From an uncultured Verrucomicrobiota bacterium (GTDB lineage: Bacteria > Verrucomicrobiota > Kiritimatiellia > RFP12 > UBA3636): a stretch of DNA of 51,506 nt. A program made the translations under genes and the position numbers. Within the stretch, counting starts at the first letter, position 1. Every line of letters begins with the position of its first letter. The stretch covers positions 1-51,506 of the forward strand of contig CAMNCG010000002.1 of NCBI GenBank assembly GCA_946534105.1. Direction: 5' to 3'. The notes under the pieces are model-generated. The model worked only from the letters and a program-made list of their open reading frames with translations, did no database searches and was not told where the DNA came from. Positions 1-8,133 of the stretch are shown here, piece by piece.

Positions 1-1
1 G

Positions 2-553
2 GCTGGCCTGGTCGCGCTGCTCGTCTCGCGCAAGGATGACCGTGAAATCACCGTAATCGCCCACCGCATCGGCAGCGGGCCGCACGCCGCGTTCGCGGCG
101 GCGCTGGAATCGCTCGACGAGCCGGAGAACCCCAACTTCACCTGCACCGAGATCCTGCAGGCCGGCACGCTGCGCCGCAACATGGACACCCTCGCCGAGC
201 TCTACCATCTCCCGGCCTCGGCCTTCTGGGGCGCGGAGGGCGCCTCGATCGGCACCATCACGGACACCAAGGGCAACGCGACGCCGGTCGAGTCGCTGAT
301 GGACCTGCTGGAGCAGGTGCGCGCGCGCGGCCGCAAGGGCCTCACGATCCAGCGCTACAAGGGCCTCGGCGAAATGGACTGGGACCAGCTCTACGACACG
401 ACGATGGACCCGGCCAAGCGCAAGATGCTCAAGGTCTCCCTCGACTCGGCCGTCGACGCGGACAAGACCTTCTCGCTCCTCATGGGCGACGAAGTGGCCC
501 CCCGCCGCAACTGGATCGAGTCCAACGCGCTCATGGCCAACATCGACGCGTAG
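2..553 (+). CDS. gyrB: DNA gyrase subunit B, C-terminal part (5' end lies upstream of the window)
   Basis: The frame is open from the window edge to TAG at 551-553. The translated tail ...LTIQRYKGLGEMDWDQLYDTTMDPAKRKMLKVSLDSAVDADKTFSLLMGDEVAPRRNWIESNA is the conserved type IIA topoisomerase B-subunit C-terminus (KGLGEM, TTMDP, LMGD-V--RR-I). ParE is not formally excluded. Confidence 0.85.
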   Translation, partial: AGLVALLVSRKDDREITVIAHRIGSGPHAAFAAALESLDEPENPNFTCTEILQAGTLRRNMDTLAELYHLPASAFWGAEGASIGTITDTKGNATPVESLMDLLEQVRARGRKGLTIQRYKGLGEMDWDQLYDTTMDPAKRKMLKVSLDSAVDADKTFSLLMGDEVAPRRNWIESNALMANIDA

Positions 554-632
554 CGCCGCCCCGCCGCGAGACCCTCGTGGCCTCGCGGGCCCGCCTGGCG
601 CGGTGCGCGCGCCGCAACAATCCGACCGAGAG

Positions 633-1379
633 ATGAAACGCACGTCCAAGCAACCCGCCGCTTCGGCCATCCCGGCCTCCGGCTACGCCGATTGGCTTCA
701 AGCGCTTTCCCGCCGCTACCGGCAAAGCCAGATCAAGGCCGCCATCGCCGTCAACTCTGAAATGCTGCGGTTCTACTTCTCCCTCGGCGCAGACATCGTT
801 CGAATGGAGAAGGACCAGCCCTGGGGCAGCGGCTTCCTCAAGCGGCTCAGTTCGGACCTCCGCAAGGCGATGCCCGACGCGAATTGCTTCTCGGAGAACA
901 ACCTCATCTACATGAGGTGCTTTTTCGAATTGTATTCGCCGTTTCTACCGACCCCACAGGTTGTGGGGAAATCGTCTGTCCGAATTGCCCCACAACCTGT
1001 GGGGAAAATTCCGGTTCTTCTGAACTTCCTCGACACGAAATTGCACGAGCGGCAGGGCAAGGCGCTCACGAATTTCGCGTCCCGTCTTCCGGAAAGCGAA
1101 AGCGACCTGGCGCAGGAAGTCACGAAGGACCCCTACTCCTTCGACTTCATCGCCCTCACGCCCCGCTACCGCGAAAAGGAGCTCAAGGACGCGCTCTTGG
1201 CGAACGTCGAAAGATTCCTTCTCGAACTCGGGCAGGGCTTTATGCCCGTCGGCGTGTCCGAATACCGGATCAGCGACAGCCTTCCGTCCGAAATCGCCTC
1301 CGACCTTCCCTCCATCGCCGAAATCGAATCCTCCCTTCCCGCCGTGTCCCCCGCCCACCGCCGCAAGCACAAGTCCTGA
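633..1379 (+). pseudogene. DUF1016/YhcG-family (PD-(D/E)XK nuclease) gene remnant with internal deletions
   Basis: The N-terminal part (IKAAIAVNSEMLRFYFSLGADIV...WGSGFLKRLSSDLRKAMPD..FSENNLIYMRCFF) and the KDPYSFDFIAL...LLANVERFLLELGQGF segment match the DUF1016 pattern as I remember it. GQGF then runs straight into PVGVSEYRI...LPSIAEIE, which is the family's C-terminal tail. The nuclease core (normally about 90 aa) is therefore missing. The ATG at 633 is preferred over the GTG at 603. Confidence 0.6.
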
Positions 1380-1492
1380 TGGTCGGGCTCCGAAACCCGA
1401 AAGCCCCCGCCCCTCGCTCCGCAAATAATCAAAAAAAGATATAATTCCCGCCACGACTCGCCGTAGACTATGTCAAAACCATACCAAACATA

Positions 1493-2101
1493 ATGACCAA
1501 GTGGAACATGTCAACACAAAACACTCTCGAGAAGTTGCATTTCATTGCGCTTCTTTTTGTTTCAACGACGGTCTTGCTCTGTTTAGGGTGTGCTAGCCCG
1601 AATCGGTATCGCGAATCTTTGACAGATTATGGATTCGGATTAGGTAAATTTTCTGGAAACATAACGGTAATCCCGTCACAGCGACTCCAAAAGATGACTA
1701 TTGAAGAATGGTCTGGCACAAATGGATTCACAATTGTCGGTCACTCCTTTTTTTCCAACAGTCAGCAGTCAGAATTCGACGCAGTAGATGTCGCAAAAAG
1801 TATCGGAGCTACGCACATAATCCTTTTTCGACAATACCTCTATACCTATGAGCACGATGAAATGCGAACAGGATATGATGTAGGAACATCAACAACAGTC
1901 ACATCCTTTTCGGGACAGGCAAATACATACGGAAACATATATTCTCCGTACAATTATGGTAGTGTCAATTACTCGCAAGCAACGTACGGAAGTGGCTCGG
2001 CAACCTCAACGACAACTACATACACACCATACCATTACCAAGTTCACGTTTCGACTCCGATTTTTGAACATAAAGCCTATTATCTCGTAATAAACAAGTA
2101 A
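1493..2101 (+). CDS. hypothetical probable lipoprotein, S/T/Y/G-rich C-terminus
   Basis: ATG start in an AT-rich block. The N-terminus FIALLFVSTTVLLCLGCASP looks like a signal peptide with a lipobox-like LGC. I recognise no family. Confidence 0.55.
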   Translation: MTKWNMSTQNTLEKLHFIALLFVSTTVLLCLGCASPNRYRESLTDYGFGLGKFSGNITVIPSQRLQKMTIEEWSGTNGFTIVGHSFFSNSQQSEFDAVDVAKSIGATHIILFRQYLYTYEHDEMRTGYDVGTSTTVTSFSGQANTYGNIYSPYNYGSVNYSQATYGSGSATSTTTTYTPYHYQVHVSTPIFEHKAYYLVINK

Positions 2102-2111
2102 GGACCAGACC

Positions 2112-2720
2112 ATGAAACGATTCTTTTTTTCTCTCTTCGTAGCATTCTTCGCTAGTGGTTGTTATTCGACAAGGGTATTAATGCCTATGTCCAATGCTGA
2201 ATCAACCAGCATTCTCGATCGTCACGTTTGCGCGACCAACAAACCTACTCTATCAATAGCCGTTACACGAGAACCCTTCACGGAGGTTGTCAATTCAGAC
2301 ATTCCGCAGACATTGGCAAAAAAACTCGCCAACATTTTTCATGAAACACAATTATTCAGTCGGATTTCAACCGGAAAAGAATCCGTAGAATCGGATTACA
2401 TCTTAAGTGTCATTATTTCGGAGCGTGAATATGATATCATGGAGTATTTCGGAGCATTTGCTCTGACAATTGGACTTTGCCCTATCCCAAGGTGGGGTTA
2501 CAATGCATCTTACACAATGAACTTGGATCATGCCGGTTGCTCTTGGAATTCTGCGGCGCTTTACGAAAGAACAACTTGGATAGGCTTGCCTAACATTATA
2601 TTGGCACCAATTGTCGATCCATTCTGCACCAGACCAACAAGTAGAAGCATTCTAACTTCGATGATCAAAGACATTCAGTTCCAAGGAGGCTTTGACGATT
2701 TGCATATGGATGTTAAGTAA
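2112..2720 (+). CDS. hypothetical lipoprotein
   Basis: Starts 10 nt after the previous stop, with AAGGA upstream. MKRFFFSLFVAFFASGCYS is a signal peptide plus lipobox (ASGC). I recognise no family. Confidence 0.6.
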   Translation: MKRFFFSLFVAFFASGCYSTRVLMPMSNAESTSILDRHVCATNKPTLSIAVTREPFTEVVNSDIPQTLAKKLANIFHETQLFSRISTGKESVESDYILSVIISEREYDIMEYFGAFALTIGLCPIPRWGYNASYTMNLDHAGCSWNSAALYERTTWIGLPNIILAPIVDPFCTRPTSRSILTSMIKDIQFQGGFDDLHMDVK

Positions 2721-2893
2721 CGGGCAAGTAAGCAATGAAAACCGTAGCGGAAAACTGACTGGCCTCTATTCCGTCCCGATATCCTTTACTTCTTTGCCGA
2801 AAACAGAAAAGCCCCAGAAACCACTACTACGTTAAACAAGACTTGAGAGAATCGAGATAAGATACAACACTTCAAATTTCAAGGTCGTTTTTC

Positions 2894-3436
2894 ATGAACA
2901 TCACGCGAACTCCATTTGTTCTAGTTTTCCTGTATTACTTTAACGATTTCCCGTTTGAATTTCTCATTATGGGATACACATTGCTATCATGCATTTTCCT
3001 TGAAGCCGATTCCAGAATCTTCTTCTTTTTCATTCCCGTAATATGGCTTACTGTCGTAGTCGTTTCAATGATCGTCCGATTGTCACCAAGGAGAAAAGAA
3101 CCCAGGTATTTTGATTTTCGTGAAATTTCGAAATTCGATCTCCACGCACACCAGTATGCCGACGGGACGGGAGATCCTTGCATTCGGATAAGCACCACAA
3201 TTGATTCTTTCAGCACGATAACGCTAAAGGACGAGGTAAAAACAGTTGAATTTCGCATATACTCATTTCCTGATTTTGAAAAGTACTTTGATGATATCGA
3301 AAATGCTCTAGGCAGAATTCTCCGATCCATTCCGTTATATAAAAGTTCTGCCACAATTTCAGTAGGTGAGTCTCTAACGCAATGGTCAATTCCCCGCCGA
3401 TATCGAACCAGATGGGGAGTCGTCGAAGTTGTGTGA
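2894..3436 (+). CDS. hypothetical membrane protein
   Basis: Two hydrophobic helices near the N-terminus (FVLVFLYYF..., FFFFIPVIWLTVVVVSMIV) are followed by a soluble-looking domain. The antisense ORF 2935..3483 looks less protein-like. Confidence 0.45.
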   Translation: MNITRTPFVLVFLYYFNDFPFEFLIMGYTLLSCIFLEADSRIFFFFIPVIWLTVVVVSMIVRLSPRRKEPRYFDFREISKFDLHAHQYADGTGDPCIRISTTIDSFSTITLKDEVKTVEFRIYSFPDFEKYFDDIENALGRILRSIPLYKSSATISVGESLTQWSIPRRYRTRWGVVEVV

Positions 3437-3667
3437 TGTTCATCTTCGGAAGTGAGGCCTGATAGAAAACGCCGAGCCACCACAAATCAAGCATTCATTA
3501 AACGACGTTACCACTCTTGTTCAAATCAATGGCATCCCATACTACAAGACACACCACTAAGCCCGGCACCGATTCGAAAACCATCGTAGATCAAGTCTCT
3601 CGCACGACCATTTTGCTAAAGACGAAATAACGAACTTTGCGTCTCAAACATCTTGGCAACCACAATC

Positions 3668-4471
3668 ATGGAAATCATTCTTCAAATTCTTATCGTGATT
3701 GGCGGAGGTATTGTATGCTTTTTCTGGATCCGTCCAGCCGACAAAAAACTTCAACAACTTCAATCAAATCTTCAACGACAAACAGATGCTATGAATTCTG
3801 TTCGCACAGCTATCATGGATGCCAGTGTTGGACTCCAAATCGAACATCACAGGACTCTTGTCAAAGAACATTTACTCGTTTTTCGCGCTTTTCATAAAGT
3901 GTATTCCTCTTCAGGAATTCTTAAATGGGGAGAATCACTCAATGATTTGGCCGAAATCAAACGAAATAATCCACCTTCTCCAGGATTAAAAGCGTTTTCC
4001 AATACTATTTCACAATTGCTTCCTGACAATTGGATGAAAGACTCAATTTTCCAAGAAGTGTCAGAAGCAGAGCTATTTGTTTCAGATAAGATTTGGAAAT
4101 TGTTTGTATTCGGGAAAACGCTTTTATCTCTTTTCCAACTTCAACTTAGAGAGCTTGGACTTGATTCGACACATTCCCTTGTCAAGACAGACGACGTCAA
4201 GAAAACTCTTTCTCAATTGTTTCCCGAAGACATTGATTTGTTCGATAAATTTGGTACCAGCTATTACTACAAGCTAATCACCAAAATCCGATACGAACTT
4301 GTGAAGGAAATCAAATCCGTAATCAATCAAACGCCACTTGATTCAAAACCGTTGTCGAATTTGAACACAATGGTCGAAAGAATTGCCTTTGAGCAAGAAA
4401 CAAATGAATTTCCGCCAATCCCAGATTTTGCCAAAAGGGAATCAAAAGTAACTCCACAAGCCACTACCTAA
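3668..4471 (+). CDS. hypothetical N-terminally membrane-anchored protein, immediately upstream of the AbiH-like gene
   Basis: The ATG at 3668 (MEIILQILIVIGGGIVCFFWI = one TM helix) is preferred over the TTG at 3653. The stop lies 13 nt before the ATG at 4485. I recognise no family. Confidence 0.55.
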   Translation: MEIILQILIVIGGGIVCFFWIRPADKKLQQLQSNLQRQTDAMNSVRTAIMDASVGLQIEHHRTLVKEHLLVFRAFHKVYSSSGILKWGESLNDLAEIKRNNPPSPGLKAFSNTISQLLPDNWMKDSIFQEVSEAELFVSDKIWKLFVFGKTLLSLFQLQLRELGLDSTHSLVKTDDVKKTLSQLFPEDIDLFDKFGTSYYYKLITKIRYELVKEIKSVINQTPLDSKPLSNLNTMVERIAFEQETNEFPPIPDFAKRESKVTPQATT

Positions 4472-4484
4472 ATAGGAGATTGGC

Positions 4485-6023
4485 ATGATTATCGAATCCG
4501 GAAAGAACAACAACCAGAAAGACCGCGCAGTCATTACATTCCTCATTGGGAATGGCTTTGACATCGGACTGGGGCTGAACACCAGTTACAAAGACTTTCT
4601 CTCTACATATCTGAAGCAACCATCAAAGACAAAGGTTGTCGAAAAACTGAAGCAGACAATATCAAGCGACATAAGTCTTTGGGGAGACGCTGAACTTGCT
4701 TTTGGAAAACTTCGCTTTTCTTCACTAGGAACAGAGTCCTTTTCCGTCGTTTCGGATTGTCTGCAGGATTTCAACACAGCTCTTTCGGAATACTTGCAAA
4801 AGGAAGAAAAACGATTCGTTTCGCCAAGTGAAGAACTTCAACGTTCTTTCTGTTCTGGATTGTGTTCGTATTATCTAGTGTTAGGAGATTATCCAACACG
4901 AAACGAACTGCGACGATTGACCCGATTCAACAACCTAAAGGTCAATATAGTTAATTTCAATTATACTGAAACAATTGACAAATTGCTGCCTCCATCTGGA
5001 ACGATTGTTCTTCCAAAATGGGGAAATGTTCATGTTCAAATAAACGACATTTGCCATGTTCACGGAGCATTATCTGTAGGACAATCAAGATTGTTTGGCG
5101 TCAATACGGTAGCACAAGTGGAAGATGAGGACCTTTCCAGCGACTCAAAAGCGATGCTCGTCAAGCCGGAAGTTGATCGCTTGGCGCGATTCGGATTGGA
5201 ACCGATGGCGAAAGATATGATTGACGAAAGCGATACTGTAATATTGTTTGGATTGTCATTGGGAGCCTCAGACCAACTTTGGTGGGACTATCTGCTAGAC
5301 TATATTCAGTACAAACCAGAACATCGCCTGTGCCTAATGCAGCATGTAAAAACAACTCGAAGTTCGCGACTGCCCGGTGAAGAAGGATTGTGGGCACAAC
5401 ACGAATGTCAGCGTTTTTATGATGCGATTGATCCGCAAAAGAGGCGCTATATCGACACCAAAGCTCTCGATCGTCGCATTTATGTTTCCACTCGCGGACC
5501 ACATCACGACCCAGATGGACAAGAAGCATTTTGCGATCCGTTCCACTTAGCTTGGTTCGGCAAGAAATTGGTTACAGGGTATAATTCAACGACTGTCACA
5601 TCATCCCGGGGAGTGGCGTTATCGAAAATTCTTGAATCTAAAGGAAACTCTTACTGTTCGCCAGAAGCAAGAGGGACCTTTACGTTCGACTATTCGAATA
5701 ACAATGGAGAATACGCCATTGGAGAGGGCGATGCGATGTTTCGAACCCGTTGGTCAAAAGCAAGTAACACGTCTATTCATGCATACAAGGACGGCAAGGG
5801 CATTGTCGCAATAGCTCTTCTGAAGAACGCCGGAGAGATCGAGCGTATACACACTATCGATGGCGATTTTTCTTCTAGGGTCAGGACTCCGCGAATTGGC
5901 GACGCAATTGTTTGGAAAAATGAAAAGGACAGGTACGCCATCACGAAAATCGTTTCAATAAAAGATGACACTCGGGGTGACGATCATGATAGTTTGACAT
6001 GTGACTACCTTGTCTTTGGATAA
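4485..6023 (+). CDS. AbiH-like abortive-infection protein with about 140-aa extra C-terminal domain
   Basis: AGGAGA lies 7 nt upstream of the ATG. The N-terminus ITFLIGNGFDIGLGLNTSYKDFLSTYL matches the hallmark AbiH (PF14253) start (IIGNGFDL..GL.TSY.DF). At 512 aa it is much longer than the roughly 300-aa family members I recall. Confidence 0.75.
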   Translation: MIIESGKNNNQKDRAVITFLIGNGFDIGLGLNTSYKDFLSTYLKQPSKTKVVEKLKQTISSDISLWGDAELAFGKLRFSSLGTESFSVVSDCLQDFNTALSEYLQKEEKRFVSPSEELQRSFCSGLCSYYLVLGDYPTRNELRRLTRFNNLKVNIVNFNYTETIDKLLPPSGTIVLPKWGNVHVQINDICHVHGALSVGQSRLFGVNTVAQVEDEDLSSDSKAMLVKPEVDRLARFGLEPMAKDMIDESDTVILFGLSLGASDQLWWDYLLDYIQYKPEHRLCLMQHVKTTRSSRLPGEEGLWAQHECQRFYDAIDPQKRRYIDTKALDRRIYVSTRGPHHDPDGQEAFCDPFHLAWFGKKLVTGYNSTTVTSSRGVALSKILESKGNSYCSPEARGTFTFDYSNNNGEYAIGEGDAMFRTRWSKASNTSIHAYKDGKGIVAIALLKNAGEIERIHTIDGDFSSRVRTPRIGDAIVWKNEKDRYAITKIVSIKDDTRGDDHDSLTCDYLVFG

Positions 6024-6088
6024 ATGCTGATCATTTCCATTCCCTGCGTCCCTTCCATGATTCTCCCCTAAACACCAATACCCCTCTT

Positions 6089-6120
6089 CGCGCGGGCGCG
6101 GCGCAGCCGCCGCCCGCGCG
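6089..6120. repeat. GC-rich REP-like hairpin, copy 1
   Basis: cgcgcgggcg-cggc-gca-gccg(c)-cgcccgcgcg forms a 14-bp stem with one bulged C and a GCA loop. The same architecture recurs at six more intergenic sites in the window. Confidence 0.8.
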
Positions 6121-6200
6121 CCCTCCTCACCGTGTCCCCCCGCTCCTCCCTCCATCGCCCTTCCCCCGCCAGCGCATCCGCGCCGCCCGCGGCCGCGCCG
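6121..6200 (+). repeat. leader repeat, copy 1 (contains the GTG start and first ~23 codons of the Fic gene)
   Basis: The motif ..tcctcaccgtgtccccccgctcctccctccatcgcccttcccccgccagcgc..ccgcccgcgg.. recurs at 7931, 9616 and 11832, always directly after a REP-like hairpin and 5' of a plus-strand gene. Confidence 0.75.
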
Positions 6201-7298
6201 TCCCCGCTCTCCGAGTATCTCGTTGCCAAGGAGCCCGGCCGCCGCGAGCGCGCGGAGAACTGGCGCGTCGCGATCGGGCTGCAGAAGGTCGACGGCCTCG
6301 AGGTCTCGCCGTATCTCGTCAAGACCGCCCGGCGCAACATCGAAGGAGAAATATCCGCCGAGGACGCCCGACGCATTGTCCGACAATACTACGAGGAGAA
6401 ACCACCCGGGGCCGATCCCGAGGCTCACGGAGAGGCGGACCACACTTCGACGAACATCAACGCCATCCTCGCCGAGCCCGCGTTCCGCCTCTCCCCCGAA
6501 TACTACCTCGGCCTCCACCGCCGCATCTTCGCGGGCGTGTTCCCCTTCGCCGGGAAACTCCGCACCGTCAACCTCACGAAGAAGGAATGGGTGCTCGACG
6601 GCGAGACCGTCCACTACACGCCCTTCACCGAAATCGCCGCCTCGCTCGACTGGGACTTCCGGAACGAGCGAGAGTATCGCTATCCAGCGCGCGACAAGGC
6701 CGCGCTCGTCGCCCACTTCGCCGCGTTCGTCTCCGGGCTCTGGCAGATCCATCCCTTCCGCGAAGGCAACACCCGCACCGCCGCCGTCTTCGCCGCCAAG
6801 TACCTCCGCGAACTCCGCTTCAAGAACGTCTCCAACGAGCCCTTCGCCGAACACGCCTGGTTCTTCCGCAACGCGCTCGTCCGCGCCAACTACGAAGACC
6901 TTGCGCATGGCATCGAACGCACCACCGCTCCCCTCGAGGCCTTCTTCCGCAACATCCTCCTCGGCGAAAGGAACGAACTCAAGAACCGCTATCTCCATAT
7001 CCGCGCCGCGGAGTTAGGCTTGGTTGCGCCGATCGGCGCAACCAAGCCGGATGTCACAATAAATGTCACAATAAACGACACAATACAACTGACGGACATC
7101 GAACGGAAGATTGCGGCGATTCTACGGAAAACACCGACAACGACACGTGCGGAACTGTCCGTGGAATCGGGATTGAGTTCCCGCCAGATCCAACGCATCC
7201 TCGACTCCCTCAAAACCAAGATGGGCCTTCGCCGCGTCGGCTCGCGCAAGACCGGCCGCTGGGAGTTCCCGCCCCACCCCCGCCACATAATCCACTAA
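6132..7298 (+). CDS. Fic-family protein (HPFREGNTR core) with N-terminal VbhA-like segment and C-terminal winged-helix domain
   Basis: The Fic motif HPFxxGNxR is present as HPFREGNTRT. The N-terminal NWRVAIGLQKVDGLEVSPYLVKTARRNIEGEIS resembles the antitoxin-like module fused to some Fic proteins (from memory). The C-terminal ...SSRQIQRILDSLKTKMGLRRVGSRKTGRWEF is wHTH-like. GTG at 6132 is the only in-frame start. Confidence 0.8.
   Translation: MSPRSSLHRPSPASASAPPAAAPSPLSEYLVAKEPGRRERAENWRVAIGLQKVDGLEVSPYLVKTARRNIEGEISAEDARRIVRQYYEEKPPGADPEAHGEADHTSTNINAILAEPAFRLSPEYYLGLHRRIFAGVFPFAGKLRTVNLTKKEWVLDGETVHYTPFTEIAASLDWDFRNEREYRYPARDKAALVAHFAAFVSGLWQIHPFREGNTRTAAVFAAKYLRELRFKNVSNEPFAEHAWFFRNALVRANYEDLAHGIERTTAPLEAFFRNILLGERNELKNRYLHIRAAELGLVAPIGATKPDVTINVTINDTIQLTDIERKIAAILRKTPTTTRAELSVESGLSSRQIQRILDSLKTKMGLRRVGSRKTGRWEFPPHPRHIIH
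7051..7086 (+). repeat. 3 x 12-nt in-frame tandem repeat (atgtcacaataa) in the Fic linker
   Basis: The units are atgtcacaataa / atgtcacaataa / acgacacaatac. They encode (D)VTINVTINDTI just before the C-terminal wHTH and form an AT-rich patch in a GC-rich gene. Confidence 0.85.
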
Positions 7299-7306
7299 CC
7301 CGCACC

Positions 7307-7335
7307 TCGCGGGCGCGGCGCAGCCGCGCCCGCGA
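7307..7335. repeat. GC-rich REP-like hairpin, copy 2
   Basis: tcgcgggcgcggc-gca-gccgcgcccgcga is a perfect 13-bp stem with a GCA loop, lying between the Fic stop (7298) and the RhuM-like ATG (7349). Confidence 0.85.
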
Positions 7336-7348
7336 CAAAGCGCCCTCC

Positions 7349-7885
7349 ATGAAACCGCCTTCCCACACTCCTTCCGAAACGCCCGTCGCCCTCTACCGGA
7401 CCGAGGACGGCACCGTCCGCGTCTCTGCGCTTGTCCAAGACGAAACCCTGTGGCTCACGCAAGTCGCGATGGCCGTCCTGTTTGACTGTTCGCCCGAAAA
7501 CGTCATCCAGCACCTGAAGAACATATTCGGCGACGGAGAACTCGACGAATCGGCAACTGCTAAGGATTTCTTAGTAGTTCGACAAGAGGGAAAACGCAAG
7601 GTCTCCCGCACGCTCAAGCACTACAACCTCGACGCCATCATCGCCGTCGGCTACCGGGTGAATTCCCGTCGCGCGACGCAATTCCGCATCTGGGCCACGA
7701 AGAGCGTCAACGAGTTCATCGCCTTCCGCCGCTACCAGGTTCTTCCCGACAACGCGCGCGGCAAGGTCGCGCGCGTCGACGCCGAAGACCGCGCCCTCGG
7801 CGAATACGAGATCTTCAACCGCACCCAGCGCATCGACTCCGACTTCGACAAGCTCGTCCGTGCGTCCTCCCACCCCGCCACATAA
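7349..7885 (+). CDS. RhuM-family protein (short form)
   Basis: VALYRTEDGTVRVSALVQDETLWLTQVAMAVLFDCSPENVIQHLKNIFGDGELDESATAKDFLVVRQEGKRKVSRTLKHYNLDAIIAVGYRVNSRRATQFRIWAT matches the RhuM N-terminal pattern I remember (...ETVWLTQ.QMA.LF......I..HI.NIF.EGEL......K.F.......GK.....YNLD.IISVGYRV.S..GT.FR.WAT). I start it at ATG 7349 and do not use the 432-aa ORF-track extension. Confidence 0.8.
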   Translation: MKPPSHTPSETPVALYRTEDGTVRVSALVQDETLWLTQVAMAVLFDCSPENVIQHLKNIFGDGELDESATAKDFLVVRQEGKRKVSRTLKHYNLDAIIAVGYRVNSRRATQFRIWATKSVNEFIAFRRYQVLPDNARGKVARVDAEDRALGEYEIFNRTQRIDSDFDKLVRASSHPAT

Positions 7886-7903
7886 CCCACTAGCCTGCTC
7901 CGC

Positions 7904-7928
7904 GCGGGAGCGGCGAGCCGCCGCCCGC
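7904..7928. repeat. GC-rich REP-like hairpin, copy 3 (imperfect)
   Basis: gcgggagcggcgagccgccgcccgc forms a 5-bp outer stem plus a 4-bp inner stem. It is identical to the copy at 11799-11823. Confidence 0.7.
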
Positions 7929-7930
7929 AT

Positions 7931-8012
7931 TCACTCCTCACCGTGTCCCCCCGCTCCTCCCTCCATCGCCCTTCCCCCGCCGGCGCGGCCGCACCGCCCG
8001 CGGAAGCGCCGG
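7931..8012 (+). repeat. leader repeat, copy 2 (contains the GTG of a 64-codon upstream ORF, 7943..8137)
   Basis: tcactcctcaccgtgtccccccgctcctccctccatcgcccttcccccgccggcgcggccgcaccgcccgcgg is nearly identical to 6121-6200. Confidence 0.75.
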
Positions 8013-8133
8013 TGCCTTTCTCTGAAGTCCGGCTCTCGGTCAGCGCCCACTACGCCAGGCAACCGAAATTCCCCACCCCTAGCCCCTCCCCTCCGCGCGG
8101 GCGTGGCGACGATTCGCCCAAAGGATTCTTAAC

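Noticed and set aside
2585-2605. TTGGCAC-containing strings that could be sigma-54 promoters on the plus strand, here and at about 3650, 4478, 15123 and 43324.
   Set aside because: The GC dinucleotide of the -12 element is not at the required spacing, and most lie inside coding regions.
5955-6998. 347-aa minus-strand ORF antisense to the Fic gene. Similar long antisense or alternative-frame ORFs occur at 8347..9372, 10411..11784, 12611..13579, 13983..14909, 15414..16424 and 32040..32810.
   Set aside because: Their translations are Arg/Gly/Ala/Pro-rich low-complexity strings, as expected from open frames in GC-rich DNA. In each case the opposite or alternate frame carries clear family motifs.
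6587-7348. N-terminal 254-codon extension of the RhuM-like ORF in the ORF track (6587..7885, 432 aa).
   Set aside because: The extension overlaps the Fic gene in another frame, is Arg/Pro-rich and crosses a REP-like hairpin. RhuM similarity begins right after ATG 7349.
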